DNA of 17,983 bases from assembly GCA_036336835.1 (NCBI GenBank), contig JAYZFK010000060.1, forward strand, positions 1 through 17,983. The letters are read 5' to 3'. This DNA is from Myxococcota bacterium. Its GTDB lineage: Bacteria > Myxococcota_A > UBA9160 > UBA4427. This document shows, one piece after another, positions 1 to 8,072 of this stretch. The notes under the pieces were generated by a model. It was not told the origin of the DNA. It was given only the letters and a program-made list of their open reading frames with translations, and did not search any database. The translations under genes were made by a program, and so were the position numbers. Within the stretch, counting starts at the first letter, position 1; every line of letters starts with the position of its first letter.

Positions 1-1286
1 AAGCCCAGCGCGGCGGTGACGATCTGCAGGTTCGAGAGATTCGGATCGAGTAGCTCGCCGTAATAGCGGAAGCGGTTCACACCGCGGAGCTTGCCGTTGT
101 TGTCCGCCAGCACCGACTGCCGGAAGCCCCCGAAGCTCTCGAAGTCCGTGTCACCGTCGCCCGAGCCATAGGCATAGCCAATGCTGAGCGCTGGCGGCCG
201 GAGGATCCCCGGCGCCCAATCCCAGTTGGTGACCCAGGTCGCAACGAGATCGAGCCCCCAGCCCTGCACGTCGTGCTCGTTGGCTTCCTTGACGAACCGC
301 GTCGGATCCGGCGGAAACTCCAGAGGGATGATCGTCGAGTAGTCGTAGGTCGTCTCTTCGCCAAAGATTCCCGCGACCTGACCCGAATAGTAGAGACGCC
401 CCAGCGGTCCCTTGAGCCGGCCGTTCGCCGCCGCGCCGACCCAGGTGACCACGCTGTCGCGGTCGTCCTCATCCTCCCGAAAGACGCGATCGGGAGGGTT
501 ATCCACACCCGGTTTCGGAAACAACGGCTCCGGGCAATCCGGCCTCACCACGCTTCCATCGCAGTGGCGCCTCGAGCGATCGTTCTCGTGGTTGAGGAAG
601 AGCTCGACATGCTGTCTCTCGGCATACCGCCACTTGGCGTGCGCCAGGACCCGAAGCACTCCATCGTCCTCAGGCCGTATGTCGTCGTCCAGCGTGGATA
701 CCGTGAACAGCTCCTGCGCAACCATGGCTTCGATCTGGACGTTGGCGAGATCGAACGAGACGCGAGCGGTATCGAGATCCTGGTCCCACCACCACTCGCG
801 GCTTCGGTCGTAGAGCCGTTGCCGCCCGACCTGCAGGTTGAACGGCGAGCCGAACAGGTCGGCCAGATAGATCCACATCTCGCCGCGCTCGGCGATGAAC
901 TTGTAGGCCGTATCGCCCTGCTCACTCCAGGCGACGGTCTTCAGGAAGCCCTTCCCCTCGATATAGAGGAGCACGTCCTTGAAGGGCAGATACATCAGCT
1001 CGATCTCGACTCGCTGGCTGATGGCCAGATCGTCGCCGTTCGGGGTACCGATGAGCCGACGGTCTCTCTCGTAGCGCAGCTCGAATTCGTATTCGCCGCC
1101 TATCGTCAATGGACGGCCGAAGAGCGGAACGGTGAGCTGATCGGCGGGCCGTCGCTGATCGGGACGCTTCACCAGCCGAGCTCGACGGCTGGTGCCCAGC
1201 GCGAGCGGCGAATCCGCCAGGTCGGCACTGGCAGGGGGCACCAGCACCAGCAGCGGTGCAATGCACAGCCAAAGTCGAAGCAACAC
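1..1286 (-). CDS. Alginate export (AlgE-family) outer-membrane beta-barrel porin, 3'-truncated by window edge
   Basis: Not in the ORF track because it runs off the edge. Manual translation from GTG at 1286 is open to base 1 (~428 aa). It has a signal peptide (MLLRLWLCIAPLLVLVPPASA-D), amphipathic beta-strands and AlgE-like motifs LQVGRQRL..REWWWDQDLD and GYAYGSGD..FRQSVLADNNGKLRGVNRFRYYGELLDPNLSNLQI. G-rich/GGAG RBS upstream. Confidence 0.85.
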   Translation of the reverse strand, partial: MLLRLWLCIAPLLVLVPPASADLADSPLALGTSRRARLVKRPDQRRPADQLTVPLFGRPLTIGGEYEFELRYERDRRLIGTPNGDDLAISQRVEIELMYLPFKDVLLYIEGKGFLKTVAWSEQGDTAYKFIAERGEMWIYLADLFGSPFNLQVGRQRLYDRSREWWWDQDLDTARVSFDLANVQIEAMVAQELFTVSTLDDDIRPEDDGVLRVLAHAKWRYAERQHVELFLNHENDRSRRHCDGSVVRPDCPEPLFPKPGVDNPPDRVFREDEDDRDSVVTWVGAAANGRLKGPLGRLYYSGQVAGIFGEETTYDYSTIIPLEFPPDPTRFVKEANEHDVQGWGLDLVATWVTNWDWAPGILRPPALSIGYAYGSGDGDTDFESFGGFRQSVLADNNGKLRGVNRFRYYGELLDPNLSNLQIVTAALG

Positions 1287-1374
1287 GGTCTCCGTCCCCC
1301 CCCGAGAACTAGACTCCCCTGCCGCCCGCCGCAGCACGAGCGGTCCAGACACTAGCCAGCGCGCGCGGACGCCG

Positions 1375-2589
1375 TCAGGCCAGCGCGGGCGAGAGCTCGG
1401 TCGCCCGGGTGAACTCGCGGCGAAGCGCCGCAGCGCTCCGCTCTACGTCGAAGTCTTCCTCGATGCGCGCTCGCGCGGCCCGTGCACACCGCACGGCCAA
1501 CTCCCGATCGTCGAGCAGCCGTTCGATCGCTTCCGCCAACGACACCGAATCTCCCTGCTTCGCCAGCAACCCCGTCTCCCCGTCTCGCAGGATTTCGGGA
1601 ATGCCGGTCACGTCCGTGGCGACGCACGGAGTCCCGCTCGCCATCGCTTCGAGCAGCACGGTCGGAAGCCCATCCCGGTTGCCGTCATCGCCAATCACAC
1701 AAGGCGCCGCCAACACGCTCGCTCGCGCCATCGCGCTCGCGACCTCGGCGCGCGACAACGGCCCGACCAGCTGTACGAGCTGGCCTAGGTCCAACTCCTG
1801 GATCTGCGCGCGCAGCGCGTCCTCACATTCGCCCCCACCGATGATTGTGCACGGCACCGCTCTCCCCCGCTGGGCGAGTAGCGCACAGGCCTCGATCAGG
1901 TAGCGGAAGCCCTTCTTCTCGACCAGCCGACCGACCGCGACGATCGACCCGTCGCGCCCCTCCCCGCCTGGCTCGTGAAAACGATAGGAATCGAGCGGTA
2001 GCCCGTTGTAGATGCGCGCGATCTTCTCCTTCGGGACCCCACATTCCTTGCTGAGATGACTGACGTTGTAGTCGCTGACCGTGATGACGCGGGCCGCGCG
2101 AGCCGCCAGCCCACTGAGCGCCCCTTCGGATACATCCACGTGGAAGATATCCTTGGCGTGCGCCGTAAAGGTGAACGGCACCTGGGCGAGGTGCGCCGCC
2201 AGCGCCGCGACGCGCGTCGCCGTCGTCGCGAAGTGCGCGTGCAGGTGATCGATCCGCTCGCGCCGCACGTGTGCCGCGAGGTGGACGGCCTGCGACACCT
2301 CCTGCGCTTCGAGCCCCAGCGCGGCATCCAGCCGCGGGAACAGGTCCGGAATCACTCGGGCCGCCTCCTCGACCCCGCGCCACAGAGTCGAGGCCTTGGT
2401 ACCACCGAAGTGCAGGTACCGGACAGGCGCGCGGACCTCGGAGATCAGATCCTGGAAGTGTGTGTCGTTGGGCGCCCGCAGTGCGAAGATCTCGAGCTGG
2501 TCGCCGGCGCGCTCGTGGGCCAGCACCTCGTTGACGACGAACGTCTCCGAGTGTCGCGGATAGCGCTTGACGACGTATCCAACCCTCAC
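1375..2589 (-). CDS. Glycosyltransferase family 4 (WcaL/AmsK-like, GT-B fold)
   Basis: RVGYVVKRYPRHSETFVVNE N-terminus, HLHAHFA, FTFTAHAKDIF, VGRLVEKKG, RDGLPTVLLEAMASG (GT4 D/E-x7-E motif). Start reassigned to GTG 2589, which overlaps the upstream stop (GTGA coupling). Confidence 0.92.
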   Translation of the reverse strand: MRVGYVVKRYPRHSETFVVNEVLAHERAGDQLEIFALRAPNDTHFQDLISEVRAPVRYLHFGGTKASTLWRGVEEAARVIPDLFPRLDAALGLEAQEVSQAVHLAAHVRRERIDHLHAHFATTATRVAALAAHLAQVPFTFTAHAKDIFHVDVSEGALSGLAARAARVITVSDYNVSHLSKECGVPKEKIARIYNGLPLDSYRFHEPGGEGRDGSIVAVGRLVEKKGFRYLIEACALLAQRGRAVPCTIIGGGECEDALRAQIQELDLGQLVQLVGPLSRAEVASAMARASVLAAPCVIGDDGNRDGLPTVLLEAMASGTPCVATDVTGIPEILRDGETGLLAKQGDSVSLAEAIERLLDDRELAVRCARAARARIEEDFDVERSAAALRREFTRATELSPALA

Positions 2590-3857
2590 GTCAATCCTGA
2601 AGCCAGACGAGGGCCGAATTCTGCGGCCTCGATCCGGCGGGGTAGGAGGTCGCGCACCAGCGATTCGATCCGTTCGAGCCCCGACAAATCGACCCGGTGA
2701 CGCGCATCCGTCGACTCGGGCGAGGCCGAGGTCAGCCACGAGGACAGGCGGTCGTCCGAGAGCTCGCTCGGCAGCATCAGCCTGTCGACGAGACGCAGCT
2801 CGAGGAACCGCTCCGCACGAATGCACTGCTCCACGCGCGGCCGAACGCGCGGCACGACGAGCGCGTGCTTGTTGTACGAGATCACCTCACCGAGCGTGTT
2901 GTAGCCGCCCATGCACACGACGCGTTCCGCGTTGCGGAGCAGCGGAGCGGGCTCGCCACTGAACTCCAGCAGGTGCAGATCGCGGCGCTCGCGCACCCGA
3001 TCGCGCAGCCGGGCGAGCGCTGCAGCTGGCAGGAACGGGCCGGCGAGCACGACGCCATCGCTGTCGCACTCGAAGTCCGAGCGCGCGAAGGTCTCCGCAA
3101 GCTCCGAGCCGTCCTCACCTCCGCCTACGACGCACAGCGCGTAGCGACGCTCCGCGTCGAGCGACGGCAGCCGTGTGCGCAGCCAGGCCGCGAAGTCTTC
3201 CCCATTGCTGGCTCGGGCGCACTGATCGAGGTAGCCCGTGAAGTGGACATCCCAGTTCCTCGACCCCGGAAGCCCATCCTGTGTCACCCGATCGTAGACG
3301 CTGGGGTCGCCGTACACCCAGACCGCCTGGTAGTAGCGCGCGACGACCTCGGCATTGGAATCGCGCATCCACTCCTGACGCAGCACATCGGGTGCGTCGG
3401 CGATGTCCCGCAGGCCGAGAATGCAGCGTGTGGTGCCTGCACGCTCGAGATCCCGCAGCGTCGCATCGAGCTCGCCGATCGCGCCGCGCGGAACGTTGTC
3501 GACCACGAGCAGGTCCGGTTCGAACGCGGCGATCGCCGCTCGAATCGCCTCGCTGCGGATCCGGATCAACGTCTCGAGCTCGAACCCGAAGCTGCGGGCC
3601 CCGTAGCTGCCGTCCGCGTGCTTGCGTAGTGCCGGCAACGCCAGACAGTCCACACTGGGCGGAAGCTCGAGCCGCGACTCGCGAGCCCCCGTGATCAGCA
3701 GGATATCGACCTCGAAATCCATCGAGCGCTCGATTGCACCGGCCACCAACACGTTTCGGCGCACGTGACCGAGCCCCATGGTGTCGTGGGAATAGAGGAC
3801 GACCCGCGGCCGCCGCGCCGCACAGCGCTCATGAGCCGGTGTAAGGCTGCCAGGCAT
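2586..3857 (-). CDS. Predicted glycosyltransferase (COG4671 / GT28-C-terminal-like, GT-B fold)
   Basis: VVLYSHDTMGLGHVRR N-terminal motif, PDLLVVDNVPRG, ILGLRDI, VGGGEDG, VCMGGYNTLGE, VVPRVRPRVEQCIRA. Likely start is ATG 3857, 7 nt after the receiver gene stop. Confidence 0.88.
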   Translation of the reverse strand: MPGSLTPAHERCAARRPRVVLYSHDTMGLGHVRRNVLVAGAIERSMDFEVDILLITGARESRLELPPSVDCLALPALRKHADGSYGARSFGFELETLIRIRSEAIRAAIAAFEPDLLVVDNVPRGAIGELDATLRDLERAGTTRCILGLRDIADAPDVLRQEWMRDSNAEVVARYYQAVWVYGDPSVYDRVTQDGLPGSRNWDVHFTGYLDQCARASNGEDFAAWLRTRLPSLDAERRYALCVVGGGEDGSELAETFARSDFECDSDGVVLAGPFLPAAALARLRDRVRERRDLHLLEFSGEPAPLLRNAERVVCMGGYNTLGEVISYNKHALVVPRVRPRVEQCIRAERFLELRLVDRLMLPSELSDDRLSSWLTSASPESTDARHRVDLSGLERIESLVRDLLPRRIEAAEFGPRLASGLT

Positions 3858-3864
3858 TTCTTGG

Positions 3865-4224
3865 CTACTCACCTTCCCCGACAAAACACTCGATGCGATC
3901 GATCACCGATTCTAGATCGAGCGGTTTGCGTAGAAAATGTGTGACGCCGCGCTCTGCCAGGTACTCGTCCGAGACGTCGGCAGAAACGACCAGCGAGCGA
4001 TCCACACGGGTGACTGGCAGCAGGTCCAGCCCATTGCCGTCGGGCAGTCCAACATCCAGGATCGCGGCATCGACGGGCCTCCCTCTCAGGAGATTACGCG
4101 CCTCTTCTACGCTGCCGGCGGGAACAACCTCGTGCCCATGGCGCTCGAGGAGCCGCGTCAGACACCGCCGCAACAGGGTCTCGTCTTCCAGGATCAAGAT
4201 TCGGCAGTCCGCGGGATGGCTCAT
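3865..4224 (-). CDS. Single-domain response regulator (CheY-like receiver)
   Basis: ILILEDE acidic pocket, AILDVGLPDGNG (phospho-Asp), VVSA, FLRKP. 119 aa with no output domain. Confidence 0.9.
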   Translation of the reverse strand: MSHPADCRILILEDETLLRRCLTRLLERHGHEVVPAGSVEEARNLLRGRPVDAAILDVGLPDGNGLDLLPVTRVDRSLVVSADVSDEYLAERGVTHFLRKPLDLESVIDRIECFVGEGE

Positions 4225-4239
4225 GTTTTGGCCGTTAAC

Positions 4240-4255
4240 TGCAATCGCAGTGCCA
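4240..4255 (-). promoter_or_regulatory. Sigma-54 (RpoN) -24/-12 promoter for the receiver-GT-GT-AlgE operon
   Basis: Minus strand reads TGGCAC-TGCGA-TTGCA, an exact match to the TGGCAC-N5-TTGCW consensus. It is correctly oriented upstream of the operon and adjacent to a sigma-54 activator gene. Confidence 0.88.
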
Positions 4256-4280
4256 CTTCCGCGCAGCAGCAGACGCCACT

Positions 4281-4317
4281 AGGGGATCCCCCGAGGGGAT
4301 CATCGGGCCATTTCCCC
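4281..4317. promoter_or_regulatory. Candidate enhancer (UAS) sites for the adjacent sigma-54 activator
   Basis: Perfect palindrome GGGGATCCCC (4282-4291), direct repeat AGGGGATC (4281 and 4294) and GGG-N7-CCC (4305-4317), about 50-90 bp upstream of the predicted sigma-54 start site. Function is inferred only. Confidence 0.35.
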
Positions 4318-4350
4318 ACGTGCCCGCGAAATCCCGGGCACCAGAACCAA

Positions 4351-4359
4351 TGCTAGCGT
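4351..4359 (+). promoter_or_regulatory. Extended -10 element (TGcTAGCGT) for a probably leaderless transcript of the NtrC-family gene
   Basis: TG-n-TANNNT lies 6 nt before ATG 4366, and there is no Shine-Dalgarno. Confidence 0.5.
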
Positions 4360-4365
4360 GGCTCG

Positions 4366-5727
4366 ATGGCATCGATCCTGGTCGTCGAAGACGAGACACT
4401 GCTGGGACGCCAACTCGATCGAGCCCTCACTGGCGCCGGCCACGATGTGACCGTCGCAACCTCCGGGACCGAGGCATTGGAGGGTCTCGCCGCGATCGAG
4501 CCCGATCTGGTGCTGCTCGACCTGCGGCTACCGGACCAGTCGGGTCTGGACGTCCTGACCCAGCTGCTGCAGCGAGCTCCCGAGCTTGCCGTGCTGATGA
4601 TGACCGCCTACGGCTCGGTGGCCGATGTGGTCGAGGCAATGCGCCGCGGCGCCGCCGACTATCTGCCCAAGCCGCTCGACCTCGATGAGCTGCGTCTGAC
4701 CATCGAGCGGACGCTCACCAGGCGACGCCGGGAGCGGGAGCTCGCCTATCACCGTCAGCGCGTTGCGAGTGCGCGTGACCAGGTCATCGGCGACGACCCG
4801 AGAGTCCATGCCCTCTTCGATCAGATCACGAGTCTGGCCAAGGCCGAGCTGGATCCAGGTCGCCGGCCAACCATCCTGCTCACCGGCGAGACCGGCACGG
4901 GCAAGGGCCTGGTCGCGCGGGCGATTCACGAGGCGCTCGGTGCGGGCCCCTTCATCGAGCTCAATTGCACCGGGCTGCCCTCCTCGCTAGTCGAAGAAGA
5001 GTTGTTTGGTCACGAGCGCGGCAGTTTCACGGGAGCCACCGGATCACGCCCCGGCCTGTTCGAGGCCGCCGAGGGCGGGGCAATCTTCCTGGACGAGATC
5101 GGCCACCTCGAGCTCGGGGTCCAGGCGAAGTTCCTCAAGGTCATCGAGGAGAAACGCGTTCGGCGCCTGGGCGCATCGCGCGAGCGAAAGCTCGACGTCC
5201 ACGTCATCGCGGCCACGAATCGCGACGTCAGCGCGGCCGTCGTCGAGGGTGATTTCCGCGCCGACCTGTTTCACAGGCTTGCCGTGCTGAGCTTCGAGAT
5301 GCCTCCGCTGCGAGAACGAGTGGACGATATCGTCCTGCTGGCCCGTCACTTCTGCGCCGAGATCGGAAAGCAGTATCGCAGGCCGGAGCTAGGAATCACG
5401 GGCGATGCTGAACAGCTCTTCCAGCAGTACCCCTGGCCCGGAAACGTGCGAGAACTCCGCAACATCATCGAGCGCGCGGTCCTGCTGTCGACCTCAACGA
5501 AACTGGGCGTAGAAATCTTCGGTCCGATGCTGCAGTTGGGGGGCGCCGTGACGATCGGAGAGAACTTCACCCTTCCGCCGGGGGGTGTGCAGCTAGCGGA
5601 CCTCGAGGCCGACCTGATCGCCCAGGCGCTCGAGCGCGCAGCGTCGAACCGCACCCAGGCCGCCAAGCTGCTGGGGCTCACGCGCGACCAGCTCCGCTAC
5701 CGCATGGAGAAGTTCCAGATCTCCTGA
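4366..5727 (+). CDS. Sigma-54-dependent response regulator (NtrC/AtoC family: REC-AAA+-Fis HTH)
   Basis: REC (ILVVEDE, LLDLRLPD, KP), Walker A GETGTGKG, ELFGHERGSFTGA (GAFTGA variant), Walker B IFLDEIG, FRADLFHRL, WPGNVRELRN, HTH NRTQAAKLLGLTRDQLRYRM. Confidence 0.96.
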   Translation: MASILVVEDETLLGRQLDRALTGAGHDVTVATSGTEALEGLAAIEPDLVLLDLRLPDQSGLDVLTQLLQRAPELAVLMMTAYGSVADVVEAMRRGAADYLPKPLDLDELRLTIERTLTRRRRERELAYHRQRVASARDQVIGDDPRVHALFDQITSLAKAELDPGRRPTILLTGETGTGKGLVARAIHEALGAGPFIELNCTGLPSSLVEEELFGHERGSFTGATGSRPGLFEAAEGGAIFLDEIGHLELGVQAKFLKVIEEKRVRRLGASRERKLDVHVIAATNRDVSAAVVEGDFRADLFHRLAVLSFEMPPLRERVDDIVLLARHFCAEIGKQYRRPELGITGDAEQLFQQYPWPGNVRELRNIIERAVLLSTSTKLGVEIFGPMLQLGGAVTIGENFTLPPGGVQLADLEADLIAQALERAASNRTQAAKLLGLTRDQLRYRMEKFQIS

Positions 5728-5831
5728 GGCGTGACAAAGCTCGCGCGTCGGCAACTCCGAGCCGGGGGGCAATCCGTGGATGCCGATCCGGCATGCCTCA
5801 CCGTAGAATTCGGCCCGCCCCGGGTCAGCCC

Positions 5832-8054
5832 CTAGCTGGGTCCGCCCGATGACTTCAACGTCACGAGGAAGGTGGTTCCCACCGGCGTGCTCTGCACGAG
5901 ATCGATCGTGCCACCCTGTCGCTCGAGCATGCTGCGCACAGTTGCCAGACCCATTCCGGTGCCCGTCTGGCGCGTCGTAAAAAACAGATCGAAGATCCGG
6001 CTCTGTACCCGCTCGGGGATCCCCGAGCCTGTGTCGTACACCTCGATCTCCACACTGTTGCCCTCTACCCTTGCGCGCAGCCCGACCTCGCCGCCCGCAC
6101 TCGTGGCCAGCAGCGCGTTCGAAACCAGCTCGATCAGCGCCTCCTCGAGCTGCCCGGGATCCGCCCAGATCCACACGCCGGAGTCGATATCGACGCTGAT
6201 TTTGATGTCCTGTTGGCTGGCCCGGGCCGCCACGGTCGAGCCAACCTCGCCTGCGAGTGCGAAGAGGTTGACTGTCTCGAGCTCGGGCTCGAGCATGCGT
6301 GCAAAGTCGAGCAGGCGCCGCACACGCCCGTCGAGCCGATCGGTGCCCTCGATCAGGTCACCCAGCGCCATCGACAGCTCTTCGGGATCGTCGATCTCCT
6401 GCGCCATTTGCGCCGCCGCCCGGATGCCGGCCAGCGGATTGCGCAGGCCGTGAGCCACCGCGCCGGCGACCTCGCCGATTGCGGCCAGCCGCTCGGACCG
6501 CACCAGCGCCGCCTGCGTCTCGCGCAGGTCCACAAGCGAGCGCGCGTTGTGGATCGCGGCTGCGGCCAGGCTGGCGACTCCGACCATCAGATCGTACTCC
6601 GCCTCCGAGAAGGGAGCGCCGAGCGACTTGGCTCCACACCTCAGAACCCCCAGCAGCTCGCCGTGATAGACGATCGGCTCTTCGAGGACCGCACCCGTGC
6701 TGGAGATCGAGTCGCCGATCTTGACCGAGACGCTATCGACCGCTACCGCCGACTTCACCTCGCGCTCCACGATCGCGGCCACCGTCTCCTCGTCCACGCG
6801 CGCGGCAAGCAGCACGCTCATGCGCTCGAGTACGCGCCCCGCATCCAGCTCGGAGCGATAGAACAGCCGGTCGACCGCGTTCTGCACGCGTTGGTAGAGC
6901 GGGTGGAACGAGATGGCGATTCCGATCAGGAGGAGGAACCCGCCGCCCGTCCCCCTCACGTTCACACCCACCAGCGCCCACTCGAGACCGAGGAGCAACG
7001 CCGAGTAGGTGACTGCAATCGCCGCAGTCGTGGTGCCGTAGCCTACGGCAAGCCGGGCGAAGCGCTCGGCCGAGAAGAGATCGTGGCGAACGATCGCAAA
7101 CAACACGGCCGCCGGAAAAATCGGCAGCAGGAACGTAATCCTGGTAAACGAGAAGCCGCCGCCCAGGCCGAAGAAAGCGAGGATGGCGAATGCGGGCACC
7201 ATGAGGCCGCTGACCGCGGCGGCGAGTACGATCCCGGCTCGCACGCGATCCTCCGGGACATGCGCATCCAAGGCCGCCTTGGTGAGAGCGCCCAGCATCG
7301 ACACCGTGACGACGGCAATCAGCGAATAGGTCGCGAGCGTCGCGAGCTGGGCCGTCTCGGGGGAGCTGTAGAAAGACGCAGCCTGGACCCCCATGATCGC
7401 GAGCGAGGCCAGACCGATCCCGAGCCAGCCAGCCCGCCGGAAGGTGGGGGTCGACCGCGGGTAGGGAAAGCTGACCGCCAGGCCGTAGAGCGCCAGTGGG
7501 ACTGTGGCCTCCACGACCTGACAGATCCGGACGAGCCGGTACGCGCTGAAGTAGTCGACGGCGAGGAGGAACAACACACCAATCGACCCCGTCGCGATCG
7601 CGAGGCTGCGTGCCTGCGGCAGATCGGGCCGCAGCGCCAGCGCGATCAAGCCGATGCCACAGAAGCAGATCGCGTTGAACAGATAGTTGCCAAAGGTGGC
7701 GAGATAGCCGGCGACACCGAGTCGCATCGTCGGCACCCGAAAGGTGCGCTCCCCGCCGTCGGCGAGCACCCTGTACTCGATGAGGGCCCCAATCGGGCGG
7801 CGAGCCGCGACGTCGAGCAGCTCCCTGCCACCCGCGAACGGCTTGCCGTCGACCGCAACGATCCGCCCCGAGCCCAGCGGGAGCCCGGCGAGCGCCCCGC
7901 TCCAGCTCTGGGCATGGAAGGCCACTAGAGTGCCGTTGTCCCAAACGAGGAAGCCGGGAAACGGCCGGTCCAGCAGGCGGCTACTACCAGTGCCCACGAA
8001 GAGAAACAGCCCCAGGACGGCGATCGCAGCGATCAACGACGGGACACGGGACAA
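5832..8054 (-). CDS. Membrane sensor histidine kinase (N-terminal TM, PDZ-like periplasmic domain, ~9 further TM helices, short GAF-like domain, HisKA, HATPase_c)
   Basis: TTG start with GAGGTGAGG RBS. PDZ-like GLPLGSGRIVAVDGKP..IEYRV; hydrophobic block ending FAIVRHDLF..FHPLYQRVQNAVDRLFYR; GAF-like PIVYHGELLGVL..FSEAEYDLM; H-box AHGLRNPL; N-box ELVSNA; G1 DTGSGI; F-box IFDLFFTT; G2 GTGMGL. Confidence 0.93.
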   Translation of the reverse strand: MSRVPSLIAAIAVLGLFLFVGTGSSRLLDRPFPGFLVWDNGTLVAFHAQSWSGALAGLPLGSGRIVAVDGKPFAGGRELLDVAARRPIGALIEYRVLADGGERTFRVPTMRLGVAGYLATFGNYLFNAICFCGIGLIALALRPDLPQARSLAIATGSIGVLFLLAVDYFSAYRLVRICQVVEATVPLALYGLAVSFPYPRSTPTFRRAGWLGIGLASLAIMGVQAASFYSSPETAQLATLATYSLIAVVTVSMLGALTKAALDAHVPEDRVRAGIVLAAAVSGLMVPAFAILAFFGLGGGFSFTRITFLLPIFPAAVLFAIVRHDLFSAERFARLAVGYGTTTAAIAVTYSALLLGLEWALVGVNVRGTGGGFLLLIGIAISFHPLYQRVQNAVDRLFYRSELDAGRVLERMSVLLAARVDEETVAAIVEREVKSAVAVDSVSVKIGDSISSTGAVLEEPIVYHGELLGVLRCGAKSLGAPFSEAEYDLMVGVASLAAAAIHNARSLVDLRETQAALVRSERLAAIGEVAGAVAHGLRNPLAGIRAAAQMAQEIDDPEELSMALGDLIEGTDRLDGRVRRLLDFARMLEPELETVNLFALAGEVGSTVAARASQQDIKISVDIDSGVWIWADPGQLEEALIELVSNALLATSAGGEVGLRARVEGNSVEIEVYDTGSGIPERVQSRIFDLFFTTRQTGTGMGLATVRSMLERQGGTIDLVQSTPVGTTFLVTLKSSGGPS

Positions 8055-8072
8055 AGGGAACCCTCACCTCGA

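Noticed and set aside
1296..1303. G8 tract (minus strand) just upstream of the AlgE-like start, possible phase-variation site
   Set aside because: Short, non-coding and explicable as a G-rich RBS region in a GC-rich genome; no evidence of length variation.
273..1355. 360-aa plus-strand ORF and other long antisense ORFs (e.g. 2697-3629, 6213-7928, 10404-11387, 13594-14481, 14723-16183, 16684-17814)
   Set aside because: Shadow ORFs opposite well-supported genes, with no motifs; expected in high-GC DNA.
5017..5037. GSFTGA instead of GAFTGA in the activator
   Set aside because: A common variant in functional sigma-54 activators, and the F-T core is intact.
5731..5835. 34-codon GTG ORF (MTKLARRQLRAGGQSVDADPACLTVEFGPPRVSP) exactly filling the gap between activator and kinase, considered as a signal-peptide precursor
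   Set aside because: No properly spaced RBS, no hydrophobic export signal or lipobox, and an open frame of this length is likely by chance. Conservation or Ribo-seq would be needed.
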